The position numbers and the translations under genes were made by a program. 64,000 nucleotides of DNA from a virus: positions 12,452-76,451 of IMG/VR virus record IMGVR_UViG_3300041955_000247; one strand, written 5' to 3'. Numbering within the stretch: position 1 is the stretch's first letter; each line of letters begins with the position of its first letter. The notes below the pieces were generated by a model, which had not been told where the DNA came from, ran no database searches, and saw nothing but the letters and a program-made list of their open reading frames with translations. Shown piece after piece: positions 10,200 to 20,483 of this stretch.

Positions 10200-10586
10200 A
10201 TGCTTAACCTTCTCTGGGGTAACAATTGGCGTAAATCATTGACTTCAATCATTTCGTTGGTTGCTGCTACGGCGGGTGCCGTGGTGGCAGTGCCACCGGC
10301 ATGGGAAGCCATGGGGCTGCCTGAAGTTGCCAGCAGGGTGTTTGTTGCTGGCAAGATTCAGGAAAAGATTGACCCGATGCTGCAAACGGAATCGAAGCTG
10401 CTCATTGCCCAGGCTCAGACCACAACCACCCTCAATCAAATTCTTTTGCAGCAGCTTCAATCGTCGCTTTATTCAGCGCAGAAGGATATGACGACAGCGC
10501 CGAGTCAAACCGTGCAGGCACGCATTGACGATCTCAACAGGCAAATACACGATTTGCAGACGTCTTCAGGCGGTGGTCGAAATTGA
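10200..10586 (+). CDS. Membrane-anchored coiled-coil protein (spanin-like)
   Basis: N-terminal TM helix, Gln-rich coiled coil, lysis module context. Confidence 0.45.
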   Translation: MLNLLWGNNWRKSLTSIISLVAATAGAVVAVPPAWEAMGLPEVASRVFVAGKIQEKIDPMLQTESKLLIAQAQTTTTLNQILLQQLQSSLYSAQKDMTTAPSQTVQARIDDLNRQIHDLQTSSGGGRN

Positions 10587-10717
10587 ATGACCCCAAAATT
10601 GGTGAGCGGTTGGGCACCGGCTTGGCAATCACGGTCATTGTCCTTATAATGCTGATTGCTTATATTGTGTGGGCACCGTGGTGAATTTCACGCTTTGGGT
10701 GTTGAGCATGATGTTAA

Positions 10718-10978
10718 ATGACCACAAGCACAAAAGATACATGGCAATTCTGGCTGATGATGGCCAGCCTTATTGGTGGCTTCGTCACCGGGGCAATTTG
10801 GCTTGGTTCGAACTCAAACCAGATTGCAGTTAATACCAAACGCATGGAAAGGATGGAAGTGTTCATGGATGAAGTCCGTGAACACGACGCAAACACGACT
10901 GCCCGCATGACACCTATTGAGCGGCGTCTTGATCAATTGGAAAATTGGCAGCAGGCGATGAAACGTGGCAGTCCTTGA
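10718..10978 (+). CDS. Membrane-anchored coiled-coil protein
   Basis: N-terminal TM helix then coiled coil. Confidence 0.5.
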   Translation: MTTSTKDTWQFWLMMASLIGGFVTGAIWLGSNSNQIAVNTKRMERMEVFMDEVREHDANTTARMTPIERRLDQLENWQQAMKRGSP

Positions 10979-11176
10979 TTGACATGCCCTCACTCAGTTT
11001 GTAGTTTCTCATGCTAACGGCAAACCACAGCACGGGGAATAGACCATGACTGCACTTGCCACCAACCCACTCCGCTTCGGCAAGCGTTGAGAGGGCCTTC
11101 GCCTTTCTGACAAACAGGAGCTACTCAGACTGCCTCAGGGCAGTTCTTTGCGTTGCGTGCAAACACGGAGGGAACT

Positions 11177-11956
11177 ATGAGAACAATAATTGCTTTGCTG
11201 CTTGCTGCCTTCATTTGCAGCCCGGCTTATGCCAGCCATCACCCGGAAGCTTTTCAGCCCGTGCTGGATGTAGCCGCCATACCGGCATACCAGCCTTTTG
11301 CCTCACAAACGGTCACCCATTGGCGTCACGTGGTCAGGCGTCAGGGGTACCACCACAGCTATGAAACGCACAGGCACCCCTTGCGCGGCCCAATGCGGGC
11401 ACCTGTGCGGTCAATCATACCGCATACACCCCCGGCTGACGTAGACAGCATTGAAGCCTCAGCCGCAGGGGCCGTTGTCGGGCTTGCTGAAGGCTTTGCT
11501 GACGGCATTGCCACTGCAATCAAAAGCCCAAGGGCCTGCGGCAACGATGGCCGTCATAATCTTGTGGATTGCAGGTCCGGGGCCTCAACGTCGGTTTCTG
11601 ATGCCATGTTGCCCCATGCCCAGTGCCTGTTGCGCTGGCTGGATGCGGTTGGCTACCCGGTCAGGGACATTGGGGGCTTTGGTGAGCGTAACAATCCCTC
11701 TGCACACCCCACCGGCAATGCGCTGGATGTCAACCAGCTAGGACGCAATGTAGTCAGTGTTCGGTTTCCAGCAGGTGTGACCCAAGCCGCTTCTGACTGC
11801 GGCTTGGTGCACGGCGCTATTTGGTCAAACCCGGATACCGGACATTTTGAGATGCCGAATAAGTATGGCTATGTAGGCTTTTGGCACCATTATGCCAGCC
11901 ATCATTACCGGCACTATGCCCACCACTATACCCGACGTCGTTATGCGGGGGTTTGA
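11177..11956 (+). CDS. Secreted M15-type (D-Ala-D-Ala/L-Ala-D-Glu) metallopeptidase-like protein
   Basis: GGAGGG RBS, signal peptide ending AYA, SAHPTGNALD (SxHxxGxAxD) and DTGHFE motifs, His-rich flanks. Confidence 0.65.
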   Translation: MRTIIALLLAAFICSPAYASHHPEAFQPVLDVAAIPAYQPFASQTVTHWRHVVRRQGYHHSYETHRHPLRGPMRAPVRSIIPHTPPADVDSIEASAAGAVVGLAEGFADGIATAIKSPRACGNDGRHNLVDCRSGASTSVSDAMLPHAQCLLRWLDAVGYPVRDIGGFGERNNPSAHPTGNALDVNQLGRNVVSVRFPAGVTQAASDCGLVHGAIWSNPDTGHFEMPNKYGYVGFWHHYASHHYRHYAHHYTRRRYAGV

Positions 11957-12038
11957 GGTTCTTTCTTTGCACCACCAAACCACGAAGTGTGTGGTGCCGC
12001 AGGGTCAGCCTTGATGCCAGAAGTATAACACACTAACC

Positions 12039-13598
12039 TCAATTTGGTTCAATATGTGATCCGGTGGCGTCTTTGACTATGGTAATGGTGCCCCGGTATG
12101 AGTAATCCAACAGGTTATGCTCAATGAGAAAGCTTCGCTTACCTTGATCCAGGGCACGCTGGTTGAGGGTTTCAGCCAAGTCAAACATGCCCTCTTGGCT
12201 CAGGTGCCTGCTGGGTTCGTCAAAGAACTCCATGGTGCTGCGCAACCCGGCGCGCTCCATGATCAGGTTGGCCAGCCCCAGGTCACCGGCCAGCCTGAGT
12301 CTTTGTGTGGCCCCACCCCCAAAGGCCTCCCACTTGACCGGCCCTGGCGCACCGGGCGCATGGACAAGCACCGTGAAGCCCTTGGTGATGCCCCCTGACT
12401 TGTTCTCACGTTCAACGTCCAGTTCTATGTGCCAATTCACAAGGCCCAAGGCGGTGAGGCTGTTATTGATCTCAAGTTCCAGTTGCCTCAGCGTTTCTTC
12501 CACAATGAACAGCCTCACCCGCTTGAAACCGCCCACCCAGTAGCTGACGGCGGTGTGGTCTTCATCAATGGTCTTAATTTCGTGTTCCAAGTGGGCAATC
12601 TTGTTCTTGGCCAGTTCCAATGCAGCCTTCTTTTGGGTGATTTGCTCGGCGTAGGGGTTTTGGCGGGGTGAGAAGTCATACCGCTTCAGTTCCCCCAGCA
12701 TGTTGTCCTTCTCACGTTCCAGCTTGCGAAGCTGCCTTTCAAAATCAGATTGATTATTCAGGAAAGCATTGAGTTCCTTGTCGGCCACCGGCTGCCCGCA
12801 GGTAGGGCACTTCTTGGCTCCACGCTCAGCGTTGGCCAATTTGACTTCCAAGTTCTTGAGAGCCTTTTGTGTGAAAGCTATTGAATCGGTAGTATTAGCC
12901 AGATATTCTTTTGCTGTGGCCGCTTCTTGTTTCAGGATTTTGATGCGTTGGCCTTCAGCCTCACCAAAGGTCTTGTTCTTGACCTTCAGGGCCTCAATGT
13001 CACCGTCAATGGTCTCAAGCTGGCCCTTGTGCCGGGCAATTTCACGCTCAGCGGTAATCTTGGCTTCCAGCAGTTCCTTGGCCAGCTTCGCGGCTTCCTC
13101 ACTTTTGTCCAGCCAGTAATCCAGTTCCATGATCTGTGAGAACAGCGTCAGCTTGTCGCCGGGTGACAAGTCAAAGAAGGCATCACCGAACTGCGGGATC
13201 ATCACCGCATACATGAAAGCCTGCGGGCCTATTCTGAGGGTCTTTTGTAGGGTCTCTTGGTCTACCGGCTGATTGTTCAGCCGCAGACTGTTGGGGCTTT
13301 GTGTGCGGGTGACGGTAATATCGTTGTTGCCTATAAGGGCATGCACGGTGACTGAGCAGCTTTTGGCATCCCAATTGATCACGTCACCGGCCTTGAGGCC
13401 CCGCGTCGTGCTTCCGTAAAAGCACCAGAATATTGCTTCTAGGAGGGTGGTTTTACCCGCGTCATTTGCGCCCAGACGCGGGTACACAAGGTTCTTGCCG
13501 GTAATGCCATAGAGGCCCGGCTTGGTGGGGAACTCAAAGCTGTGCTTGCCACGGAAGGATTTGAAATCCTCCAGTTCAACCTTGGTTATGTCAAACAC
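12039..13598 (-). CDS. SbcC/Rad50/gp46-like SMC ATPase
   Basis: Walker A GANDAGKTT, zinc hook CPTC, signature-like FGGG, Walker B FFDEP, long coiled coil. Confidence 0.9.
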   Translation of the reverse strand: MFDITKVELEDFKSFRGKHSFEFPTKPGLYGITGKNLVYPRLGANDAGKTTLLEAIFWCFYGSTTRGLKAGDVINWDAKSCSVTVHALIGNNDITVTRTQSPNSLRLNNQPVDQETLQKTLRIGPQAFMYAVMIPQFGDAFFDLSPGDKLTLFSQIMELDYWLDKSEEAAKLAKELLEAKITAEREIARHKGQLETIDGDIEALKVKNKTFGEAEGQRIKILKQEAATAKEYLANTTDSIAFTQKALKNLEVKLANAERGAKKCPTCGQPVADKELNAFLNNQSDFERQLRKLEREKDNMLGELKRYDFSPRQNPYAEQITQKKAALELAKNKIAHLEHEIKTIDEDHTAVSYWVGGFKRVRLFIVEETLRQLELEINNSLTALGLVNWHIELDVERENKSGGITKGFTVLVHAPGAPGPVKWEAFGGGATQRLRLAGDLGLANLIMERAGLRSTMEFFDEPSRHLSQEGMFDLAETLNQRALDQGKRSFLIEHNLLDYSYRGTITIVKDATGSHIEPN

Positions 13599-13606
13599 AA
13601 AGCACC

Positions 13607-13840
13607 TTAGGCATCAGTCAGGATTTTGGCTGCTTTGAGCAGTGCTGTGAAGAGAGAAATATCAGTCACAGGACGCCATCGGCTGCGGAAGAATACAACA
13701 TCATCGTAATCAACGCCAATACAACAACCACAGCTACTGAGTTCGCTCACCTTGTGGATTGAGCCAAGAGCGTAGGGAAAAGGTGTGCCGGTACCAGTAG
13801 GTGACGCGTCGATACATTCTACTTTTTGACCTATGTGCAT
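13607..13840 (-). CDS. Hypothetical protein
   Basis: Fills gap between sbcD-like and sbcC-like genes. Confidence 0.5.
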   Translation of the reverse strand: MHIGQKVECIDASPTGTGTPFPYALGSIHKVSELSSCGCCIGVDYDDVVFFRSRWRPVTDISLFTALLKAAKILTDA

Positions 13841-14823
13841 TTTAATAGTTCCTCACCCGCAGCCTTGATATTGCTTGCAACCCCTTCAGCCTTGCAGAAC
13901 GCAGCCAAGATATCTTTAGGTGTAGTAGCCACGGCTTCCTCAAGCTTGACCCGTTCACGCCGCGCCGTGGTTTTGATCTTCAGTTCTGCGCCGAATACTT
14001 CCAACTCACAATCACGGCAGGCAGCAAGTACCCGCTGCTTGATGGCTTGCCATTCCACCGCTTCCTCGCGCGCCATTTCAATGGTCAGCTTGACTTGATC
14101 GTGTGGCTTCAGTTCCTTGCTGTTCAATATATCATCAGCGTCACGAACGGTCAGTGAGAACTTGCGAGGGCAGTCAAAATGCAGGTCAATTTCACGGTCA
14201 CCCTTGAGCAGAAGCACCCTGGGGGTGAAATTGTCACCGAACCGGCAGTGATAGGGTGCCCCTACATAGGTCACAGGGCCGCAGCGCTGAGGCACATGCA
14301 CGTCCCCACTGTACACCCTCCCCGGCTTTAGTGCCTCAATGGGTGACGCGCTGAGGCCCGACAAAGTGGCACCTGTCTCAGCCCTCGAACCTGATATTGT
14401 CTGGTGAAGGGCTAGAAGCCGGGCTTTTTGGGGTAGTTGTTTGCAGGCTTCATCAAAAGTTCTTTGGTCACCACAGTGTGGGATGAAAGACACACCCAGT
14501 TCCTTGTTGTGGGTTGGGTTGACGATGAATGTGATTCCTTCAATGTGATTGAGGAACTTGAAATAGGGGCTGCTTGGGTCGGTACCATCGTGGTTCCCTC
14601 TAAGGATATAAACGGGCGGTTTCAGCCGCAAAAGTTCTTCAACAATACGGTTCACCAGCAGCGACGAATGGCGGTCCTTCCTCTCCGTAATGTCTCCTAG
14701 CAGAAGTGTTGCATCAACCGCGTGCTTTTCCTGCTGCTTTGCCAACCATCGAAATAAGCCAAAACGGTAGGCATCCCGTGGCTGGTCCGAACAATGTGTA
14801 TCGGTGGTAAAAAGCAGGTTCAT
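13831..14823 (-). CDS. SbcD/Mre11/gp47-like metallophosphoesterase nuclease
   Basis: DTH, GD, GNHD, HQ and GDVH phosphoesterase motifs; ATG at 14823 overlaps upstream stop. Confidence 0.88.
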   Translation of the reverse strand: MNLLFTTDTHCSDQPRDAYRFGLFRWLAKQQEKHAVDATLLLGDITERKDRHSSLLVNRIVEELLRLKPPVYILRGNHDGTDPSSPYFKFLNHIEGITFIVNPTHNKELGVSFIPHCGDQRTFDEACKQLPQKARLLALHQTISGSRAETGATLSGLSASPIEALKPGRVYSGDVHVPQRCGPVTYVGAPYHCRFGDNFTPRVLLLKGDREIDLHFDCPRKFSLTVRDADDILNSKELKPHDQVKLTIEMAREEAVEWQAIKQRVLAACRDCELEVFGAELKIKTTARRERVKLEEAVATTPKDILAAFCKAEGVASNIKAAGEELLKCT

Positions 14824-15290
14824 ACGCCCATCAACTTTTGCCAAACATTTGGTGCTTGGGCCGCCCCAGCGGGGGCTCCTGGGACATTCGTGAATGGTGA
14901 TTGCCATAACGCTCTCAACGCTTGCTTTTTAAATTCCGGGTCAACATACGGTGGGGGTTGCCATGTTGACCCCACGCCGTATTGGCCCACACCACCAAGT
15001 TTATAAAGGCACCGATCTGGCTCTTTTGGGTCAAGAACCTTGAGTGCACGTTTGTCGAACTTCTGCACGTGGCGCATCTTCACGAACTGCTGCTGGGCCA
15101 TGATCGCCTGGGAAGGCATCCCAAGGAACACACCTATTCGCATTGAGAACTTTGTGCCTAGCAATATGATATTGCCGGTTGGGTTCATTTCAAATGCCTC
15201 AAAGGGCAGATCACCCAGCAAATCAGTCAGGTAGTCGGTGATGGCATCATCTGACGTTTCGGGTTGTCTTAGTTTGGTGATTACGGTCAT
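14820..15290 (-). CDS. Hypothetical protein (paralogue of 15287-15679)
   Basis: Shared MR.G.F...P.Q......FVKMR and CLY...W.PP motifs. Confidence 0.65.
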   Translation of the reverse strand: MTVITKLRQPETSDDAITDYLTDLLGDLPFEAFEMNPTGNIILLGTKFSMRIGVFLGMPSQAIMAQQQFVKMRHVQKFDKRALKVLDPKEPDRCLYKLGGVGQYGVGSTWQPPPYVDPEFKKQALRALWQSPFTNVPGAPAGAAQAPNVWQKLMGV

Positions 15291-15679
15291 GGGCGTTTGC
15301 TCAGCTTCATGAGAAGTGCATTGTTCTTTAGAATAGTTTTGCTTAGTTCACCCGTGCGGTTTCGCAGGGTGGTTCTAATAATATCACCCCAATTTTCTGC
15401 AAAAGCACCAATAGGTGGACGCCATTGATAGGTGTTGGAAAGGCCCGCTGTATAAAGGCAGGCCCTGTTGTTGCTTGCGTCTAAAACATGGAGATCCTTT
15501 TTGTCATACCACGGGGCCAAACGCATCTTGACGAATTCACCATGTGTTTGGATCACCTGAGTGGGACGGTTCATGAATAGTCCAACACGCATGTAGAACC
15601 ATGTTCCACCGATGCGTAAGCGGCCAGTTTTTGTGGCTTCAAAATCCTCCCAGATGTGATCGTTCAAGTTCTCAATCAT
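15287..15679 (-). CDS. Hypothetical protein (paralogue of 14820-15290)
   Basis: ATGA coupling at both ends; shared motifs. Confidence 0.6.
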   Translation of the reverse strand: MIENLNDHIWEDFEATKTGRLRIGGTWFYMRVGLFMNRPTQVIQTHGEFVKMRLAPWYDKKDLHVLDASNNRACLYTAGLSNTYQWRPPIGAFAENWGDIIRTTLRNRTGELSKTILKNNALLMKLSKRP

Positions 15680-16179
15680 TTGGGCCTCACGGCAGTTTTC
15701 AAGAAGTTGTCGAACAGCATCACCCGCAGGCCCATTGATGGCACCCACAAGTGAAAATTCAGCTTGAGCAGGTTCTGGCCCTCGCGGCTGAGGCATACAA
15801 TAATAGGCTGCTGGTTCTGCTTGGCAATGAGCATGGGCAGCTTCTTGTAGTGCAGGGCTTGCTTGCGGGTTTCAAGCCAGAACTGCGCCAGCTTGCCGGT
15901 ACGCTTCAATAGGCCCACGAAGTTGAGATCACGATATGACTTGCACTCAATCAGGAAGGCATCGGTGAGTGGGGAACCGCTGGCGTGGATGCAGGAAATG
16001 TCACCGGCTTGGGCTGCTAGGCGCTTGCCTTTGCGGGAAGCTACCGTAGACCTGCCCCCCGACATGGCGCTGCGCCAGTACAGATCTTCATTTTTGCCCG
16101 CGCTCATCCACAGTGAAAGTGACGTGCAGACCTCACGCTCAAAGCTGGCCCCCTTAAATTTTCCGCCTCCTTTACGCAT
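15676..16179 (-). CDS. Holliday junction resolvase (PD-(D/E)XK)
   Basis: KGASFEREV...GDI...IECK; adjacent to recA. Confidence 0.75.
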   Translation of the reverse strand: MRKGGGKFKGASFEREVCTSLSLWMSAGKNEDLYWRSAMSGGRSTVASRKGKRLAAQAGDISCIHASGSPLTDAFLIECKSYRDLNFVGLLKRTGKLAQFWLETRKQALHYKKLPMLIAKQNQQPIIVCLSREGQNLLKLNFHLWVPSMGLRVMLFDNFLKTAVRPK

Positions 16180-17182
16180 ATTTTTTGCGGGTGGGGAGAA
16201 AGCTGACTTCGATCTCAGCCCAAATGCGCTTGACCACCTTGGACACCGATTCTTGCTCTTTTTGGTATTCCTCAGAACTCATATCACCTAGTTCTCCCAA
16301 ATATTCCTTGAAATCGCTTTGGTTGACTTCAATCTCTTTAAGCCTGCCAATTTCCTTGAGCCATTCAGCACAGGCTTCCACGTCCTCTACACCATAGCCA
16401 AATCTGAAGGTGAACCTAGCATCCCGGAATGGCAGCCCAATCTTGTTCTTCTTGGCTCTGGCTTTGATGTCTATGCCGTAGGGACGCTTGATCTTATTGA
16501 TTTCCTTTGTCAGCGTTTCAAGGTGAGATAACCACAAAAATTGGGAGGCATAGAAGTCGAGTGCATGACCGCCTGAGCGCTTGTGTTTCTCACCAAACAT
16601 TGCACCAATGTTGTCGCGTACCTGCGACACTACCATCAGATGGGCACGGCTTTGCTCAATTTTGTGCACCCTTGTCCTGAAGAACAGACCCAGTAGCTTG
16701 GCCTTGGCAGTCCCAAACGTACCTTTGCCAATGTCACGTTCCATTTCATCGGTATCTGATAGGGCATCAAGGCTGTCAACCACGTAGAAGCCGGGTGCAT
16801 CGTTTTTGACGCACCGGCTCAGGAAGCTGTCAAAATCATCCGCGAACTGTTCCACGGTCTGAATATGCTCCTTGCCAAAATCAATGTCCTCAATGGGCAT
16901 TCCCATAGCCTTGGCATATTGTTTATCAAAGGCCGCTTCAGTGTCACGGTAAGCTGCAATGCCCTTGGGGTACTTGCGCATGAAATTGACAACGGCCTCA
17001 GTAGCGAGGCCGGTTTTCGCAGTCGACTTATCCCCGATTATGTTGCTAATTCTCCCAAGAGGATAACCACCGCCCAGGACGCAATCAATCAGGGTGCACC
17101 CGCTACTGACAAACTCATAGTGAGTTTTTTCATCCGCGAAGTAGGATGACTTCTTTTCAACGACCCGTTCCCTTTTTGCCAT
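16172..17182 (-). CDS. recA: RecA/UvsX-like recombinase
   Basis: LGGGYPLGRI, GDKSTAKT, DTEAAFD, VVDSL, SQVR, GGHALDFYAS, KNK motifs. Confidence 0.9.
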   Translation of the reverse strand: MAKRERVVEKKSSYFADEKTHYEFVSSGCTLIDCVLGGGYPLGRISNIIGDKSTAKTGLATEAVVNFMRKYPKGIAAYRDTEAAFDKQYAKAMGMPIEDIDFGKEHIQTVEQFADDFDSFLSRCVKNDAPGFYVVDSLDALSDTDEMERDIGKGTFGTAKAKLLGLFFRTRVHKIEQSRAHLMVVSQVRDNIGAMFGEKHKRSGGHALDFYASQFLWLSHLETLTKEINKIKRPYGIDIKARAKKNKIGLPFRDARFTFRFGYGVEDVEACAEWLKEIGRLKEIEVNQSDFKEYLGELGDMSSEEYQKEQESVSKVVKRIWAEIEVSFLPTRKKYA

Positions 17183-17460
17183 CAGCCGAACCTCGGGGCT
17201 CTTTTAACTGCCTCAGCGTAATTGGCCTTGCAGGTGGCCAGGAAGCGTTCCTCAGTCATGCCTACGTCCACCGCCGTGGCCGCTGCCATGCTGGTCAGTG
17301 AGGCCACTGATACCCGGTAGAACTTGTGAAAGTCGGGGCTGTGCCTGTCACGGTGCTTGCCCCACACCTGCCACACGTCGGCGGTGAAAGCCTTGTGCAT
17401 GTCAAAGGCTTCGGCCGGTATGCTGGGTGGGTGATTGCTCTCAACATCGTCGTTTGGCAT
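17182..17460 (-). CDS. Hypothetical protein
   Basis: ORF coupled to recA start. Confidence 0.5.
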   Translation of the reverse strand: MPNDDVESNHPPSIPAEAFDMHKAFTADVWQVWGKHRDRHSPDFHKFYRVSVASLTSMAAATAVDVGMTEERFLATCKANYAEAVKRAPRFG

Positions 17461-17576
17461 TTTTCTCTTTTTCCCAGCGTTCGTAGGGCACACAGTCATT
17501 GAGTATTTCACTCAAAGGGCGACGGTCAACCCTTATAGGGTCAATGCCGCCGCGCCTGAGTGCCCCGGCCTGCCGT

Positions 17577-18590
17577 TCAGTCATCGTCATCGTCGGCGCT
17601 TTTGGAGCTGCTTTTACGGCGCTCCGCTAAACGCTCACGCAATGACTTCCTGGGGGCTTCACCATCAGCATCGTCGTCAGCGGCAGCCTTGCGCTTGGGC
17701 TTTTCATCCGGTTCGTCGTCATCGGCCTCTTCCTGTACCCGTGCACGGCGTGACGGCTTCTTGGGTTCGTCGTCACCCTCCGGTTCAGCACGGGCCTTGT
17801 GCTTTGGCTTTTCATCGACCTCGTCGTCATCATCAGCCACTTTGCGCTTGGGCTTCTCCTCATCCTCATCCTTGCCGCGTACCTGACCGTCAAACGCCGC
17901 GCTGATGGCGTCGGCATCATAGTATTGCAGGCAGTCAGGCACCGGGTTGTCCTTGACGAACCCAAGCCATTCATCCTGCACATCCTGATCCTCATGTAGC
18001 GGTGCGGCGTCCATCAGCTTCATGCGGCCACCGGGGTATTTGGTATTGAGGCCGCTGCCCTCCTTGTAGAAGCGCAGATCATGGCCTTCCTCAGGGTCAT
18101 CCGGGTACACCACTTCCTTGGTGTCCTCATCCAGGCACAAGTTGACAAAATCCTTGTCAACGCTGAACGGGATGTCCCAAAGCTGGGGGCCTTCGTCCTC
18201 ATCCAGCCGGTCAATCACCCAAACCAGCACGCGCTGACGCGGTGCCAATGCCTTGGCGGTGTCGTCGTCACCCTCGCGCTGAGCTTCCTTGCGGGCTGCG
18301 GCCAACGGGTCCTTGCCATACTCGCCCTCGGCATCCATTTTGCTCAGTGACAGGTAGGATTGGTTGTCGGCGCCAATGCCATAATTGACAAAAATGTCGT
18401 AGCCGTAGTGCTTGGGCTTTTCCCATGTGGCAGGCAGGATGCGCACCATGTTCTTGCCGTCACGCACCTTGTAGCGCTTGAATTCCTGCTTGATGTAGCT
18501 GTCAAAGCCACCGCCGCGCATATTGGCACGGGCCTTCACATCCTCACGGCTACGCTTCTGATAGTTAAAACTACGCTCACTCTTTGCCAT
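17577..18590 (-). CDS. Single-stranded DNA-binding protein (gp32-like)
   Basis: VRILP, DPEEGHDL..K.G.GLNTKY pattern, acidic C-terminus ADDDDD, next to recA. Confidence 0.7.
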   Translation of the reverse strand: MAKSERSFNYQKRSREDVKARANMRGGGFDSYIKQEFKRYKVRDGKNMVRILPATWEKPKHYGYDIFVNYGIGADNQSYLSLSKMDAEGEYGKDPLAAARKEAQREGDDDTAKALAPRQRVLVWVIDRLDEDEGPQLWDIPFSVDKDFVNLCLDEDTKEVVYPDDPEEGHDLRFYKEGSGLNTKYPGGRMKLMDAAPLHEDQDVQDEWLGFVKDNPVPDCLQYYDADAISAAFDGQVRGKDEDEEKPKRKVADDDDEVDEKPKHKARAEPEGDDEPKKPSRRARVQEEADDDEPDEKPKRKAAADDDADGEAPRKSLRERLAERRKSSSKSADDDDD

Positions 18591-18728
18591 TGCTGGCTCC
18601 TTTCAGTTTATCCACAAGTTCGTTGATGTAGCCACGTTTGGCCTTGAAATAGGTGCCAATGATGGCCTTGCACGTCAAGAACAGGATCAACGCGCCAATC
18701 AGCACGGGTGATAGGTAGTGCAGGAAAA

Positions 18729-19205
18729 TCATCGCCGTTCGCGTGCCTCAGCTATGCGTTGTCTACCCTTACTATACGTCGCGCGGTTGGTCTCACCCGT
18801 GCCGCGAACTGATGCTTCTTCAAAGTAGTTCGCGTTGTATAGGCCGCAAAGATCACGAATCATGAAGCCTCGTGACACAAAGGCTTCCTTGAGGGCCAGC
18901 AGCAGGTCGGCCTGCTTCTTGGCGTCAAGGTATTTGAGGGTGGCAATTTCATGTGTCTTATTTGACTGCACTTCGGTTTTGATCATGGCCTCGGTGTATT
19001 TGCTGTCACCGTAATCCATGCGAATCTTGTTATCCAGCTTGGCATCAACCGTGGCCAATTGCTCCTTGAGCATGTCGCGCTCGGCGGCAGCCTGTACAAA
19101 AGCTTCGCTGATTTGAAAGAGCAGCATGGGCTGCTCTTCCAGTTCTTGGTCCAGCGCGTGCTTGTCAATTTTCAAATACGCGCGGAATTCAGCAACATCA
19201 ACCAC
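18729..19205 (-). CDS. UvsY-like recombination mediator (coiled coil)
   Basis: Helical, LKID...YTEAMIK pattern, position next to SSB/RecA; start uncertain. Confidence 0.45.
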   Translation of the reverse strand: MVDVAEFRAYLKIDKHALDQELEEQPMLLFQISEAFVQAAAERDMLKEQLATVDAKLDNKIRMDYGDSKYTEAMIKTEVQSNKTHEIATLKYLDAKKQADLLLALKEAFVSRGFMIRDLCGLYNANYFEEASVRGTGETNRATYSKGRQRIAEARERR

Positions 19206-19524
19206 GGTTGTCGCCCAAGGCCCCTTCGATGCGGGTGGCTTGCTCACCAATGGCCCCAATGAGCATTGATTGCTCACGTGCGCGGCGCATGAGGCTCATG
19301 GTAAGACTGGCTGATGGTGCTTCCGGTTGCCCGGCTTTTTCAACGCCCTCAGGGCGTGACCCCAACAGGCGGTCGCCAAGGGTCGTAAGGTGCTGGAGAA
19401 TTTCGTAGAGTCTTTTGTTGTGTACGTCTAGTTCTGCCAGATGGCTCCCGATTGTAGTGTTAGTTGCACTGGCTTGGGCAAGCTGCTTGGCGTTGCTTGA
19501 GGCACCATATGTCGCTTCACTCAT
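19198..19524 (-). CDS. Hypothetical protein
   Basis: AGGA RBS, fills operon. Confidence 0.55.
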   Translation of the reverse strand: MSEATYGASSNAKQLAQASATNTTIGSHLAELDVHNKRLYEILQHLTTLGDRLLGSRPEGVEKAGQPEAPSASLTMSLMRRAREQSMLIGAIGEQATRIEGALGDNRG

Positions 19525-19526
19525 TC

Positions 19527-20483
19527 CTAACCTCCGTTTTGATCCAAGTTGAGCGCCATGCCAATGGACATCAGCAAGGGTCCCATCTTGTCGGATTGAT
19601 TATACGTCCGTGAGAACGCCTCAAGCAACCCAAGCAGTGGTGCGGCTTTGGCATCACCCTTGGTACCCATGAGAACCACATTCAGGTAGTTTACAACACC
19701 TATTCGCACGCTTTCGGCTTCAACGTCACCCATGGCCTTGACCAGCTTCATGGCCTCAGCCCAGGTGCGCCCGCGCTGACCCAAGAGGAACCTGCATAAA
19801 TCGATAACTTCCTTGGATTGGGCCGCGCTGCGCATGGCTGCGCGTGCCTCACCGGCTGTCTCACAATAGGAACAGGCTTCAAGGTAAACCAGCAGTTGAC
19901 GTGGTGATCCCCCACACTCTTCAATGATGGCTTCTGCCACGTCATTGCTGATATCTATATTCTCAGCGGCAATAACCCGATCCAACAATTCCAACAGGTC
20001 TTCCTCAATGACCGGCTTCAGGTCGTAGCGCAGGCATCTGGTTCGAACAGTTTTTGGTATTTTGTCCGGATTGGTGGAACACAGCATCCAGTAAACGTGG
20101 GCTGGCGGTTCCTCCATGGGCTTCAGCAGCACGTCCCAAGCTGACCCTGAGAGCCTGTGACATTCATCAAGGATGATGGCCTTTACGGGTGACTGACCAA
20201 TGGCACGGTACAGGCTGTGCTCTATGACTGTTCGCATGGCAGCCACACCGGTGTCGTCGGCAGCGGGGACTTCCTTGATATTGGCCACAGTACCTTGGGC
20301 ACCCGCAAAGGTATTAGCAAGAATGCGAGCCAATGTAGTCTTGCCAGTGCCTGAAGGGCCTGAGAATAGAAAGCTGTGGGCGCGGTTGTCCTTAATCACC
20401 CGTTTGAGTGATTTGACCACGGCTTCTTGACCAACCACTTCCTCAAATTTCGAGGGGCGATATTTCACATGAAGACTTGCCAT
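19527..20483 (-). CDS. dnaX: Clamp loader, DNA polymerase III gamma/tau-like
   Basis: KYRPSKFEEVVGQ, GPSGTGKTT, LDECH, LLKPMEEPP, TRC. Confidence 0.9.
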   Translation of the reverse strand: MASLHVKYRPSKFEEVVGQEAVVKSLKRVIKDNRAHSFLFSGPSGTGKTTLARILANTFAGAQGTVANIKEVPAADDTGVAAMRTVIEHSLYRAIGQSPVKAIILDECHRLSGSAWDVLLKPMEEPPAHVYWMLCSTNPDKIPKTVRTRCLRYDLKPVIEEDLLELLDRVIAAENIDISNDVAEAIIEECGGSPRQLLVYLEACSYCETAGEARAAMRSAAQSKEVIDLCRFLLGQRGRTWAEAMKLVKAMGDVEAESVRIGVVNYLNVVLMGTKGDAKAAPLLGLLEAFSRTYNQSDKMGPLLMSIGMALNLDQNGG

